Shown: piece by piece, positions 10,214 to 19,799 of the stretch
Layout: each line of letters begins with the position of its first letter
Position numbering within the stretch: the stretch's first letter is position 1
From: Alphaproteobacteria bacterium
GTDB lineage: Bacteria > Pseudomonadota > Alphaproteobacteria > GCA-2731375
Direction of reading: 5' to 3'
DNA length: 64,000 nucleotides
Assembly (NCBI GenBank): GCA_021776235.1
Contig: JAJFGG010000066.1
Location: forward strand, 26,904-90,903
The notes under the pieces: generated by a model
Told to the model about the DNA's origin: nothing
What the model saw: the letters and a program-made list of their open reading frames with translations, nothing else
The model's database searches: none
Position numbers and translations under genes: made by a program

Positions 10214-11454
10214 TGACGGACTTCGACCTTTTGTCCTGGTCCTATTTCGGCAAACCTGGTCAGCACCACCTGCTCGCCATCGCGGATATCACCCTGCAGA
10301 AGGACATCATTGCCGACCCGCGCCGTCAGTTCGACCGCCCGCCGTTCCAGACGGTCGCCTTGGATGACATAAATGGTATCACCGTTGTACAAGGCGCTTT
10401 CAGGTATTCGCGCCACGCCGCGATATTTTTGATCGGGCATGGCGATGGCTACGAAGGCACCAGGGCGAAGAGGATTTGTCAAATCTGCGCCAGCTAGCCG
10501 GATGAATACCGGTACACCGCCGCTGGCGCTGTCTATGCGGGCGTCAACGCGGTCCAATCGCCCGTCGTAACGGAAACTTCGCCCACCCACCTGCCAGGTA
10601 ATCTCCGCCGACCGGCCGGTCAGGGGGCCGTCCGAGACCAGGCGGCCGTATTGTCCGTTGGACAGAATGACCCTTGCTTCTAAACGGCCAGCGTCAATTA
10701 GCCGCGCGACGCGATCATTGGCGTTCAGGCGCTTGCCTACCTGGGCCTGCACATCGGCCAGGAAACCATTGAAGGGTGCGGTCAATCGCGCCCGTTGCAG
10801 ATCCCGTTTCGCCCGCCGCAGATTCACGCCGAGGCGATTGATGACCGCTTCCTGTTGTTTGATACGCGCGGTTTCGCCCGCCAATTCGCTTTTCCGCATT
10901 TCGGTCATCTTCTGCTGCCGGGTCAGGTCAATGCGCGCGGTATCCAGCCGCTTTTCGGAAACCGTGCCCCGGGTAGACAGCGAGCGCACGCGTTTCACTT
11001 CGCGCTGAAGCAAGCTGACCAATTCCAGATCGCGGCCCAGCGCCAACCCGTATGACTCCTTGCGGGCGCTGATTTCCTCCAAACGCGCCATTGCTTCCCG
11101 CGTCTGCGCCGACAGTTCATCTATCTTGGCCTGATAGTCGAATTCATCGATTGCGATTATCAAGTCGCCCTGATGCAAACTGCCGCCGTCGACGAAATTG
11201 TCGGCGACCGCGACCACCTCGCCGGCTACCAGGGCCCGTAGCTCGACCTCCCGCCCCGCGACAATTTCCCCGTACAGGCGCAGCTTCGGCTGAATATCAC
11301 CAAAGGCCACCGGGTGCGCGGTCACCAACCAGGCCTGTTCGGGTTGGTCCAGGGGCTCGACAATGGGTTTTGTGCGTACCAGATAGGCAGCGCCCATCAC
11401 GGCAGCCAGAACCACCATGGCCGGCACCACCGCTTTTCGAACTTGCCAAGACAT
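10210..11454 (-). CDS. RND efflux periplasmic adaptor (membrane fusion protein)
   Basis: N-terminal anchor, lipoyl halves, coiled-coil hairpin, LTAPFNG, LRPGAFV, IPESAL; 4-nt overlap with the RND gene. Confidence 0.9.
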   Translation of the reverse strand: MSWQVRKAVVPAMVVLAAVMGAAYLVRTKPIVEPLDQPEQAWLVTAHPVAFGDIQPKLRLYGEIVAGREVELRALVAGEVVAVADNFVDGGSLHQGDLIIAIDEFDYQAKIDELSAQTREAMARLEEISARKESYGLALGRDLELVSLLQREVKRVRSLSTRGTVSEKRLDTARIDLTRQQKMTEMRKSELAGETARIKQQEAVINRLGVNLRRAKRDLQRARLTAPFNGFLADVQAQVGKRLNANDRVARLIDAGRLEARVILSNGQYGRLVSDGPLTGRSAEITWQVGGRSFRYDGRLDRVDARIDSASGGVPVFIRLAGADLTNPLRPGAFVAIAMPDQKYRGVARIPESALYNGDTIYVIQGDRLERRAVELTARVGNDVLLQGDIRDGEQVVLTRFAEIGPGQKVEVRQ

Positions 11455-11574
11455 GGCGGAAACCTACGCAGCCTCGCCGGAACGATCAAGCATTCCGATC
11501 CAGGAACACCCTTTGGTGGACCGCTGCCTGGTCGACCGCTATCCTGGCCGGATTGTTGCAATGGGGAAATCTGC

Positions 11575-12732
11575 ATGACTGCTCAACTTTTTACGCCACG
11601 CGAAATGATCGAACGATTGGTGGCATTCGATACAACAAGCCGAGAGTCCAATCTGGAGTTGATCCATTTCGTGCGTGACTATTTGGCCGGTCATGGCGTG
11701 GCCTCGACGTTGATCCACAACGAAAGTGGCGCCAAGGCCAATCTTTTTGCCACGGTTGGCCCCGTCGTCGATGGCGGCGTCGTGCTGTCGGGCCATACCG
11801 ATGTGGTTCCGGTTGATGGCCAGGATTGGTCCAGTGATCCTTTTCAGGTGGACGAGCGCGAGGGCCGGCTGTATGGCCGCGGCACGGCGGACATGAAAAG
11901 CTTCTCCGCCATCGCCCTTGCCTTGGTGCCGGCCATGGTGGAACGTGGCCTGTCACTGCCCATTCATTTTGCCCTTTCCTATGACGAGGAGGTCGGCTGT
12001 CTGGGCGCCCCGGACCTTTCCCGCCATATTCAGGGTCTGCCGTGCCGGCCGCAGGCGTTGATCGTTGGCGAGCCGACGGAGATGAAGGTGGTCAACGCCC
12101 ACAAAGGCTGCTGTGCCATCAGGACCGTCGTAACCGGTTTGGAGGGGCATTCCTCAGAGACGCACAAGGGCGTCAATTCCATTTTTGCCGCCATGGAGTT
12201 GATCCGGTACTTGGCCGATCTGGCGGAAGAATTTAAGACATCCAATGTCGATCCACGCTTTGACCCGCCCTACACCACCATTCAGGTAGGAACCATCACC
12301 GGCGGCACCGCCGGAAATATCATTCCCAAGGAAACCACGTTCTGGTGGGAATATAGGGCCCTGCCAAACATCGATGGTTCAAAAATAGTGGCCGATTTCC
12401 AGGCCTTTGCAGCCAACGAGGTGCTGCCGAAAATGCGCGCGGTTCATCCCCTTGCCGATATTCGTATCGATGTGCGGGGCGAGGTCATTCCGCTGTTGCC
12501 GGAAGATGGTTCGCCCGCGGAAACCCTGGTTCTGGCACTAACCGGCAGTAATCAAACCTATGCTGTTTCCTATGGCACCGAAGCCGGAATTTTCCAGAAG
12601 GGCGGCGTTGCATCAGTAATTTGCGGACCAGGCAGTATTTCTGTTGCGCATCGCCCGGACGAGTATGTGGAGATCTCACAGATCGAAGCCTGTACCGCGT
12701 TCATGCATCGGCTGATTGACCGGTTGGCCTGA
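11575..12732 (+). CDS. argE: Acetylornithine deacetylase (M20 family)
   Basis: LSGHTDVVPVDGQ, GRGTADMK, YDEEVGC, VGEPT, AHRPDE. Confidence 0.88.
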   Translation: MTAQLFTPREMIERLVAFDTTSRESNLELIHFVRDYLAGHGVASTLIHNESGAKANLFATVGPVVDGGVVLSGHTDVVPVDGQDWSSDPFQVDEREGRLYGRGTADMKSFSAIALALVPAMVERGLSLPIHFALSYDEEVGCLGAPDLSRHIQGLPCRPQALIVGEPTEMKVVNAHKGCCAIRTVVTGLEGHSSETHKGVNSIFAAMELIRYLADLAEEFKTSNVDPRFDPPYTTIQVGTITGGTAGNIIPKETTFWWEYRALPNIDGSKIVADFQAFAANEVLPKMRAVHPLADIRIDVRGEVIPLLPEDGSPAETLVLALTGSNQTYAVSYGTEAGIFQKGGVASVICGPGSISVAHRPDEYVEISQIEACTAFMHRLIDRLA

Positions 12733-12737
12733 CCGTT

Positions 12738-12785
12738 TATACCAACCTAGCCTCTATATGGGTCCCTACCAGCGCAGGTTGGTAT
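12738..12785. terminator. Hairpin between convergent genes
   Basis: ATACCAACCT ... AGGTTGGTAT 10-bp arms. Confidence 0.4.
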
Positions 12786-12790
12786 TGGTC

Positions 12791-13390
12791 CTATGGCGCG
12801 CGTTTGAACGGGGCCAGGTGACGATTAATATTGGCCGTCATCCCGCGGTCGAAATCCTTGGCGGCGGCCTCGATAAAGCGATACAGGGCATCGTCACGTT
12901 CGTTGATGCTGACCTCTTCCGGCATGGTGCGTTGCCGGGTCGCGGTGGCTGATGCGAACCCGCGACCCAAGCCGCCGGCGGTCACAATTTCCAACTTCGC
13001 TTCCAGCCGGGCGCCATAGCGGGCCGCCTGATCGAGGGTAAACATGGCTTCAAAGCCCTCTTTCTTGTGCAACTTCTCGATCCTGACGGATGCGTCAATG
13101 ATGATGAATTTCGCCTGGCCGCTTGTTCCCATGGCGCGCAGACGATCCTTCGCCCAATTCCGCATTGCCTGGGCTGGCGCCAATGGCAGCGCATGTTCCA
13201 CATTCGGGGCGCGCAGCGGCGAACGATATTGTTCGACGATCTCTATGCGGGCGACATTCAAATGTATCTCCGGCAGGTGACTAAACCGCAGGTCGGGATA
13301 GGTGACCTTCTTCAAGGGGCTTTCGCAGGCTGCCAAAAGAAAGCCGAAACAAAGGACGGGCAGGAGTGGCAGAAGGCGGTATAGCGTCAT
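12791..13390 (-). CDS. Putative lipoprotein
   Basis: Lipobox LLAAC; VEQY..P...PNVEH pattern of a conserved alphaproteobacterial lipoprotein. Confidence 0.7.
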   Translation of the reverse strand: MTLYRLLPLLPVLCFGFLLAACESPLKKVTYPDLRFSHLPEIHLNVARIEIVEQYRSPLRAPNVEHALPLAPAQAMRNWAKDRLRAMGTSGQAKFIIIDASVRIEKLHKKEGFEAMFTLDQAARYGARLEAKLEIVTAGGLGRGFASATATRQRTMPEEVSINERDDALYRFIEAAAKDFDRGMTANINRHLAPFKRAP

Positions 13391-13395
13391 ATCAA

Positions 13396-13429
13396 GTGTC
13401 CTGGATCAGAAATACGTCAGGTTTAGGAC
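13396..13429 (+). repeat. Partial copy of repeat family B
   Basis: GTGTCCTGGATCAGAAATACGTCAGGTTTAGGAC matches the reverse complement of 5114-5147 with 5 mismatches in 34 nt. Confidence 0.6.
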
Positions 13430-13443
13430 CGGTAAGAAGGTTC

Positions 13444-14367
13444 CTATTCAGACAAGCCGAATTGACCAAGGGGAAATGTATAGGAAGCATTGCAGAATTC
13501 ACAGGTTACGATCAGTTGATCGTCCACCGCCAGGTCATGCAGTTCGGTATTCGGCAGCTGCTGCAAAATTCGTTCCGCCCGTTGCAGGGAGCAGCGGCAA
13601 CCTGGGCGTAGCCGGGTCGGTTCGAATATCCGCACACCGTCTTCATGGAACAGGCGATAGAGAAGATCATCCCCGGCCAGGCCGGGGTCGATTAACTCAC
13701 TGGACTGGGTGCTGGCCAGCAAAGTGACCACGCGACGCCAATCATCTTCGGATACCTCACCCCGCTCAAACTCCACGCCCCGGGCCAGCAAACTAGGATC
13801 GCCCTCGGGCAGACGCTGCAGCATGATCGCTCCGCTACGCCAATTTCCGTCACTCGCGTTTCTGCCGCTCGCCAGGACAATTGCAGTCTCGATCTGTTCC
13901 GATTCGCGGAAATAGTTATGCGCGCAATCGGCCAGACTGAACCCTTCCAATGCGACGATGCCCTGATAGCGTTCTGTATCGGGCCCTTGATCGACCGTGA
14001 AGGCAATGTAACCGGCGCCCAGAAGGCGGGGAATGGACGGCATCATACCGGGATCTACGCTGCGCACGGCATCGGCGTCGAACTGGGCATAGCCACGCAA
14101 ACTGCCCGGTGATTTCAGGTCGGCTAGCAACGTGGATATGGGTCCATCGCTATTGGTTTGCAGGGTGAAAACCCCGTCAAACTTCAGGGCGCCCGCCAAG
14201 GCACAAGACAGTGCCAGGGCCTCAGCTAGCAGGCGGGACACCAGATCCGGATAATCATGACGGTTGAGAATTTCGTCCAGCGCCGGACCCAGGCGAACCA
14301 GCCTGCCGCGGACACCGATACGTTCAATTTGAAAGGGTCTGATCAGGTCGTCCGGGGCAGCGGTCAA
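13444..14367 (-). CDS. hslO: Hsp33 redox-regulated chaperone
   Basis: VRGRLVRL, YQGIV, ESEQI, Zn site CRCS...CEFC. Confidence 0.92.
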   Translation of the reverse strand: MTAAPDDLIRPFQIERIGVRGRLVRLGPALDEILNRHDYPDLVSRLLAEALALSCALAGALKFDGVFTLQTNSDGPISTLLADLKSPGSLRGYAQFDADAVRSVDPGMMPSIPRLLGAGYIAFTVDQGPDTERYQGIVALEGFSLADCAHNYFRESEQIETAIVLASGRNASDGNWRSGAIMLQRLPEGDPSLLARGVEFERGEVSEDDWRRVVTLLASTQSSELIDPGLAGDDLLYRLFHEDGVRIFEPTRLRPGCRCSLQRAERILQQLPNTELHDLAVDDQLIVTCEFCNASYTFPLGQFGLSE

Positions 14368-14371
14368 CGGC

Positions 14372-15298
14372 TTATTCCAGACACCATGTTAGGATGCCTT
14401 TTTGCGCGTGCAGGCGGTTTTCCGCTTCGTCCCAGACCAGGGAACGAGGCCCGTCGATCACCGCCGCGGTTACTTCTTCGCCGCGATGGGCTGGCAGACA
14501 ATGCATGAACACCGCATCTGATTTTGCCTTGGCCATTAAGCCATCGTTCACCTGATATGGCGCCAGCATATTATGCCGGTCCGATTTCTGATCATCATGC
14601 ATAGAGACCCAGGCATCGGAAACGATGCAATCGGCACCGCTCACCGCCTCCTCGGTGGATTCGGTGACAATAATCGTGGCACCTTGTTGCCTGGCCCAAG
14701 CCACGGCGCCATCCGATGGGCTAAGGGCCTGCGGGCATGCCAGACGCAGTTCGTAGCCAAAGCGGGCGGCACCATGGATCCAGGATGTAGCAACATTGTT
14801 GCCATCTCCCGACCAGGCGACAATTTGCGACCTCGAAGGGCCGCGGTGTTCTTCAAGTGTCATCACATCGGCCATCAACTGGCAGGGATGACTGCTGTCG
14901 GTCAGGCCATTGATCACCGGTACCGTGGCGTGCTCCACCAACTCGTTCAGCATCGTGTGCGACTTTGTGCGCAACATGATGGCATCGACGTAGCGTGACA
15001 GGACCCGCGCGGTGTCGGCCATGGATTCACCACGGTCCAACTGCAGGTCATCAGAATTCAAAACGATGGTTTCGCCACCCAATTGCCGCATGCCGACATC
15101 GAACGACACGCGGGTTCGGGTCGATGGTTGAATGAAAACCATCGCCAAAACTTTGCCGGCCAGCGGCCGATCTTCGTCGGGTTCTCCTCGCCCTTGGCCG
15201 GCGCGGGAAGATTTGCGCGCCTTGGCGCTGTCCAAAATACCGCGCAAGGTGGCGTCATCGATCTGGTCAATGTCCAGAAAATGGCGCGGTTGGGTCAT
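14372..15298 (-). CDS. argF: Ornithine carbamoyltransferase
   Basis: STRTR, HPCQ, WVSM, HCLP, EAENR. Confidence 0.95.
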   Translation of the reverse strand: MTQPRHFLDIDQIDDATLRGILDSAKARKSSRAGQGRGEPDEDRPLAGKVLAMVFIQPSTRTRVSFDVGMRQLGGETIVLNSDDLQLDRGESMADTARVLSRYVDAIMLRTKSHTMLNELVEHATVPVINGLTDSSHPCQLMADVMTLEEHRGPSRSQIVAWSGDGNNVATSWIHGAARFGYELRLACPQALSPSDGAVAWARQQGATIIVTESTEEAVSGADCIVSDAWVSMHDDQKSDRHNMLAPYQVNDGLMAKAKSDAVFMHCLPAHRGEEVTAAVIDGPRSLVWDEAENRLHAQKGILTWCLE

Positions 15299-16467
15299 TG
15301 CCCCAATTCCCGGCAGACGTCCTCCAGCGCCGAAATCGCTTCATCGACATGGTTTTCTTCTATGTTCAGGGGCGGCAGCATGCGCATTACATTGTCGCCG
15401 GCTGGCGGTACCAGAACGCCGCGGCCTCGCATAGCGGTCACCATATCCATGTTGGGTACACGGCATTTGATCCCTAACAACAGACCCTTGCCGCGCACAT
15501 CCTCAATCACCGAGTCATTGCGCCGGCACAAGTCTTCCAGCCGTGAACGCAGCAAATCGCCGATCCGTTCGACTTCGGCCATGAAGCCATCGCCCAGGAC
15601 AACATCCAACACCGCATTGCCGGCGGCCATGGCCAGCGGATTGCCGCCATAGGTGGAACCATGAGTGCCGGGGACCATGCCCTTGGCGGCGTCGGATGTG
15701 GCCATGCAGGCACCAACCGGAAAGCCACCGCCGATACCCTTGCCCAGTGTGACGATGTCCGGCGTCACGCCGGACCATTCATGGGCCAGAAGACGGCCGG
15801 TCCGGCCCATTCCGGTTTGCACTTCATCAATGATCAACAGCAAGCCGTTGTCGTCGCAGACCTGCCGCAATTGCTGCATCACGGCATCCTCGATCATCAT
15901 GACGCCGCCCTCCGCCTGGATCGGCTCTATCATGATTGCGGCCGTGTGTGGCCCAATCGCCGCCTGCAAGGCATCCATATCGCCTACCGCGACATGATCG
16001 AAACCATCCACCTTCGGGCCAAAGCCGTCCAGGACCTTTTCCCCACCGGTGGCGGCGATGGTCGCCAGAGTACGGCCATGGAAACAGTTGTCGAAGGTGA
16101 TGACACGAAAGCGCTCCGGATTGCCGTTGGTGTGGTGATAACGGCGTGCCATCTTGATTGCGCATTCGTTCGCCTCGGCACCTGAATTGCAGAAAAAGAC
16201 GGTGTCGGCAAAGCTGTTTGCAACCAATCGATCCGCCAGGCGTTCCTGACCCTGGATGCGGTACAGATTTGATGTATGCATCAATGTCGCGGCCTGTCGC
16301 TGGATTTCCGCCACCAAATGGGGATGGCTATGGCCCAGGCACAGCACTGCCAGGCCGGTGGCAAAATCCAGATATTTGCCTCCCTCGGTGTCGTATAAAT
16401 AGGCTCCTTCGCCCCGTTCGAATGCGATATCAATTCTGCCATAGGTTGGCATGACCGATGCGGTCAT
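15295..16467 (-). CDS. argD: Acetylornithine aminotransferase
   Basis: [41 protein letters not shown] before ATG 16467. Confidence 0.92.
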   Translation of the reverse strand: MTASVMPTYGRIDIAFERGEGAYLYDTEGGKYLDFATGLAVLCLGHSHPHLVAEIQRQAATLMHTSNLYRIQGQERLADRLVANSFADTVFFCNSGAEANECAIKMARRYHHTNGNPERFRVITFDNCFHGRTLATIAATGGEKVLDGFGPKVDGFDHVAVGDMDALQAAIGPHTAAIMIEPIQAEGGVMMIEDAVMQQLRQVCDDNGLLLIIDEVQTGMGRTGRLLAHEWSGVTPDIVTLGKGIGGGFPVGACMATSDAAKGMVPGTHGSTYGGNPLAMAAGNAVLDVVLGDGFMAEVERIGDLLRSRLEDLCRRNDSVIEDVRGKGLLLGIKCRVPNMDMVTAMRGRGVLVPPAGDNVMRMLPPLNIEENHVDEAISALEDVCRELGQ

Positions 16468-16567
16468 CGCGGCACCCTCCTGCATTTATGTGACGGCTCT
16501 ATATGTCGCCGAGGAAAGGGGCCGGATTATCTATGCAAACGCGCGGCTGTCAATGCGCCTTTACGAA

Positions 16568-18700
16568 CTAAACGATCTCTGGCGCCTCGGATTCAGGTGG
16601 AATCCCGAAATGCGCCCATCGTTGACGCCCGCCTTCGATGTCCAAATAGTGCAGAAGCGCGGAAACCGGCCGCCTATCGAACGCCGTGCCGGCGCCAGCT
16701 ACAAGGGCCTTGCACGCTTCGTCAAACGACATGCCTTGGCGATAGGCCCGGGCACTGACCATGCCGACAAACGCGTTGGCCACGGCGACGACGCGTGCGG
16801 TGGGCAATATATTCTCCTCGGCCAGGTTATCCGGCTGCCCATCGCCGTCCCAACGTTCCTGAATTTGCCGGATGGTATCGGCGACCGGGCCGTCGAAACC
16901 CACTCCTTTGATCAGTTCCGCGCTGGTAAAGACCGAATCGCGCACCATGGCTAATTCGGTATCGGTCAATTTACCGGTTTTGATCAATAGCGCACGCGGC
17001 ACCGATACCTTGCCCAAATTCATCAAGGCGCCGGCGATGTCGCAGGTCTCGACGGCGGCGGCATCCATGTGCATGCCTTGGGCAATAGCACTGGCAACCT
17101 CGGCGACGCGCGCGGAATGATGGGCGGAAAATGGATCGCGCCGGTCTACCACGGCAACGCAGGTCTGCACCAGTTCACGAAGAATTCGGGCGCGCCGTTC
17201 CCGCTCGTCGACCAGATCGGTAATATCCTCCAAAATCATCAAGACCCCGGAGATTTCCTCACCCTCGGAACGCAGTGGAATGTGATCTGATTTGACGACG
17301 CGGCGTCCGGTCTGGCCCTGTTCCGTGCGCCATTCGGTTAAAGGCCGGCCATTTTCAACGACCTGGGCATTGGCCCGTTGCAATGCCTCCGCCTTGTCCG
17401 CACCCATAGCGCTGACCAGGGATTTACCAACAAGTTCATTGCCAACGATGCCGGTTTCTTCGCTGGTTCTGGAATTGGCGAAAATAACGTCGCCTTGTCG
17501 GTCGACGGCGGCAATGGCGGTGGGCTGGCTGTCGGTGACAACGCGCAGAAAATCACTCACGGATTGAAGCTGGGCGTTGGATTGCCGTAGTCCTTCGGAC
17601 GCTGCGGCGACCCGTACCGACGAGCCATGGCGCCAAACCGCAAAAATGGTCGCGGTGATCACGGCGATCACAAGCCATAGACCAATCAAAAGGATTATTT
17701 GACGGCGATCGGACACGGCCAGGGCTTCGGACCGGTCGACGCTTCGTATCAAGGCCCAGGGAAGGCCCTGGATGCCGCGGCTGGTTGCCAGAACGTCCTC
17801 TCCCTGATAATTGGCAAAGATGCCGAAGCCACCAATCCGGTCAAGCAACTCTGCCGCAGCCAAGCGGTTGGTATCCACATCCATGACCCGTTGCAACGGC
17901 GGTGTGCCGTCCCGCAGCGGGGAAAGATATTCCAGCGTGTTGCCCTTTTTTCGCACCAGGTAGGATTGGCCGCTTTTGAGCGCTTCCCCCGGCTGCGTTA
18001 GTCGGTCAAACAAATCGGCGCCGACCAGTCGGATCCCCAGGATGGCGCCGACCTGATCCGCCGGTCGATTTTCGCCCTGGACGGCAAAGATGGGTTGCAG
18101 GAAAGCCATCGTGGCCTGGCCCGTGGGCCCGAGATAGAGATCGAGCAGCCCCCGCGTGCCCGGACTGGTCCCGCGTAGGAATTCCTTAAAACGCCCGTCC
18201 AATGCCGGTGTTCCCGGTGTGGTGACCAGTATTTCGCCTTTTCGGTCCAGCAAGGCCAGGCCGGCCACCCCGACCCGCTTTACGTTGGCCTGCACATCAG
18301 TACCTCGCATAGGCGCACTGAAGCCGGATTGATCGGCGGTAACGACCAACAAATTAGCCAGATATTCGGCTTGGGCTGATTGGTCCGTGATAGCGCCCGA
18401 GCGCCCTTCCGAAAGAGAATACTCCGTCAAATACAGCTGCAAAGACAGATTATCCGCCAAGCCGGACAGGGTTTTGAATTGCCGGTCCCGCCATTCGCGC
18501 ACGGCTTGGGCCCGACTGGCGGCAACGATGCCAAGTCGAACCTGCCATTGTTGCAGATCGCGTTCGCCCTCGGCCTTAACGAACCGATGAACGGCAACCA
18601 TGCCCAATACCGCACACAGCAACAATATGGCGCCGGCGATGGCGACATTGCGGTTAATTTTGCCCGTTGCTTCGTCTCTCTCGATTCTGATGCCGCTCAT
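16568..18700 (-). CDS. Membrane sensor with periplasmic Cache-like domain, PAS and degenerate HD-GYP domain
   Basis: Two TM segments; PAS-like IAAVD..G.VIFAN; HD-GYP scaffold HSARVA, ERWDG, with HD replaced by MN. Confidence 0.8.
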   Translation of the reverse strand: MSGIRIERDEATGKINRNVAIAGAILLLCAVLGMVAVHRFVKAEGERDLQQWQVRLGIVAASRAQAVREWRDRQFKTLSGLADNLSLQLYLTEYSLSEGRSGAITDQSAQAEYLANLLVVTADQSGFSAPMRGTDVQANVKRVGVAGLALLDRKGEILVTTPGTPALDGRFKEFLRGTSPGTRGLLDLYLGPTGQATMAFLQPIFAVQGENRPADQVGAILGIRLVGADLFDRLTQPGEALKSGQSYLVRKKGNTLEYLSPLRDGTPPLQRVMDVDTNRLAAAELLDRIGGFGIFANYQGEDVLATSRGIQGLPWALIRSVDRSEALAVSDRRQIILLIGLWLVIAVITATIFAVWRHGSSVRVAAASEGLRQSNAQLQSVSDFLRVVTDSQPTAIAAVDRQGDVIFANSRTSEETGIVGNELVGKSLVSAMGADKAEALQRANAQVVENGRPLTEWRTEQGQTGRRVVKSDHIPLRSEGEEISGVLMILEDITDLVDERERRARILRELVQTCVAVVDRRDPFSAHHSARVAEVASAIAQGMHMDAAAVETCDIAGALMNLGKVSVPRALLIKTGKLTDTELAMVRDSVFTSAELIKGVGFDGPVADTIRQIQERWDGDGQPDNLAEENILPTARVVAVANAFVGMVSARAYRQGMSFDEACKALVAGAGTAFDRRPVSALLHYLDIEGGRQRWAHFGIPPESEAPEIV

Positions 18701-18858
18701 CCGAAACTGCCCTCCTGTCTATTGCCTGCGCAATTGCAACTGAAAATGGTAAATATTTCGGTATACATGACAGTAAATATCTATTCTTACTGCTCTTTCG
18801 GCTATGATTGCGCTACGGCGAACCCTCTCCCTTTGTCCCTTGCCAGGAAAGTAACGCG

Positions 18859-19752
18859 ATGCAAATCCCGCTGTTTGCAATCGCCTCGGCGCTGGCTATT
18901 CACACGCTTTGGGGTGGCAACCCGGTCGCGGTGAAACTTGGGCTGGAAGCGTTCCCGCCATTGTGGAGTGCTTTTATACGCTTTGCCATCGCGATATTAT
19001 GTGTAGCTGTCTGGGCCCGACTCAACAGAATTCGTATTTGGCCGGAAGCGGGCGAATGGCCCGGCCTTTTCATTCTGGCATTTCTGTTTACGACACAGAT
19101 CATCATGATGAATACCGGCATCAATTTGACCAGCGGCGCGTCCGCTGCCGTCATGACCGCGGCCCACCCCCTATTCGCAGGCCTGTTCGCGCATTTCATG
19201 ATAGCCGGAGACCGTCTGACGATTGGTAAAGTGATGGGATTGTTGATCGCCTTCTTCGGCGTCGGATTGGTGCTGACGGGAGGGCGAATTCCACAGGAAC
19301 TGTCCCACGGGGACATTGGCGATATCCTGGTCCTGGCCAGCACGGTGTTATTGGGCTGGCGGATGATCTGGACCGCGCGGTTGGTAAGCAGCATCGAGGC
19401 GACACGAGTGGTTCTTTGGCAGATGCTACTGTCGCTTGGCGTTTTCGGGACAGGCGCGGTGCTGTGGGAGGACATTGCCTGGGAGGCCGTTGGCTGGATA
19501 CCGGTCAGCGCCTTGGCCTATCAGGGTATTGTCATCGCCGGCCTTGGCTTCATGGTCAATGCCTGGTTGATAAAGCATTACAGCCCGACGGTGATGGTCA
19601 GCTTCGGCTTCATCTCGCCGCTCTCCGGCGTGGCGCTGAGCGCAGTTCTATTGGGCGATGTTCTGACCTGGGACCTGGCGGCGGGCACGGCTATCGTCGG
19701 CGCCGGTATGGTCATATTGGCGCGGCAGGGCGGGCGGCGACCGGAAAACTAG
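18859..19752 (+). CDS. DMT/EamA family transporter
   Basis: WGGN.VAVK, PPLWSAFIRF, two EamA repeats, ~10 TM. Confidence 0.85.
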   Translation: MQIPLFAIASALAIHTLWGGNPVAVKLGLEAFPPLWSAFIRFAIAILCVAVWARLNRIRIWPEAGEWPGLFILAFLFTTQIIMMNTGINLTSGASAAVMTAAHPLFAGLFAHFMIAGDRLTIGKVMGLLIAFFGVGLVLTGGRIPQELSHGDIGDILVLASTVLLGWRMIWTARLVSSIEATRVVLWQMLLSLGVFGTGAVLWEDIAWEAVGWIPVSALAYQGIVIAGLGFMVNAWLIKHYSPTVMVSFGFISPLSGVALSAVLLGDVLTWDLAAGTAIVGAGMVILARQGGRRPEN

Positions 19753-19799
19753 CGCTCGGCGAACCGTCACGGCATAATCCAGGCAGGGAGTAATCAAAT

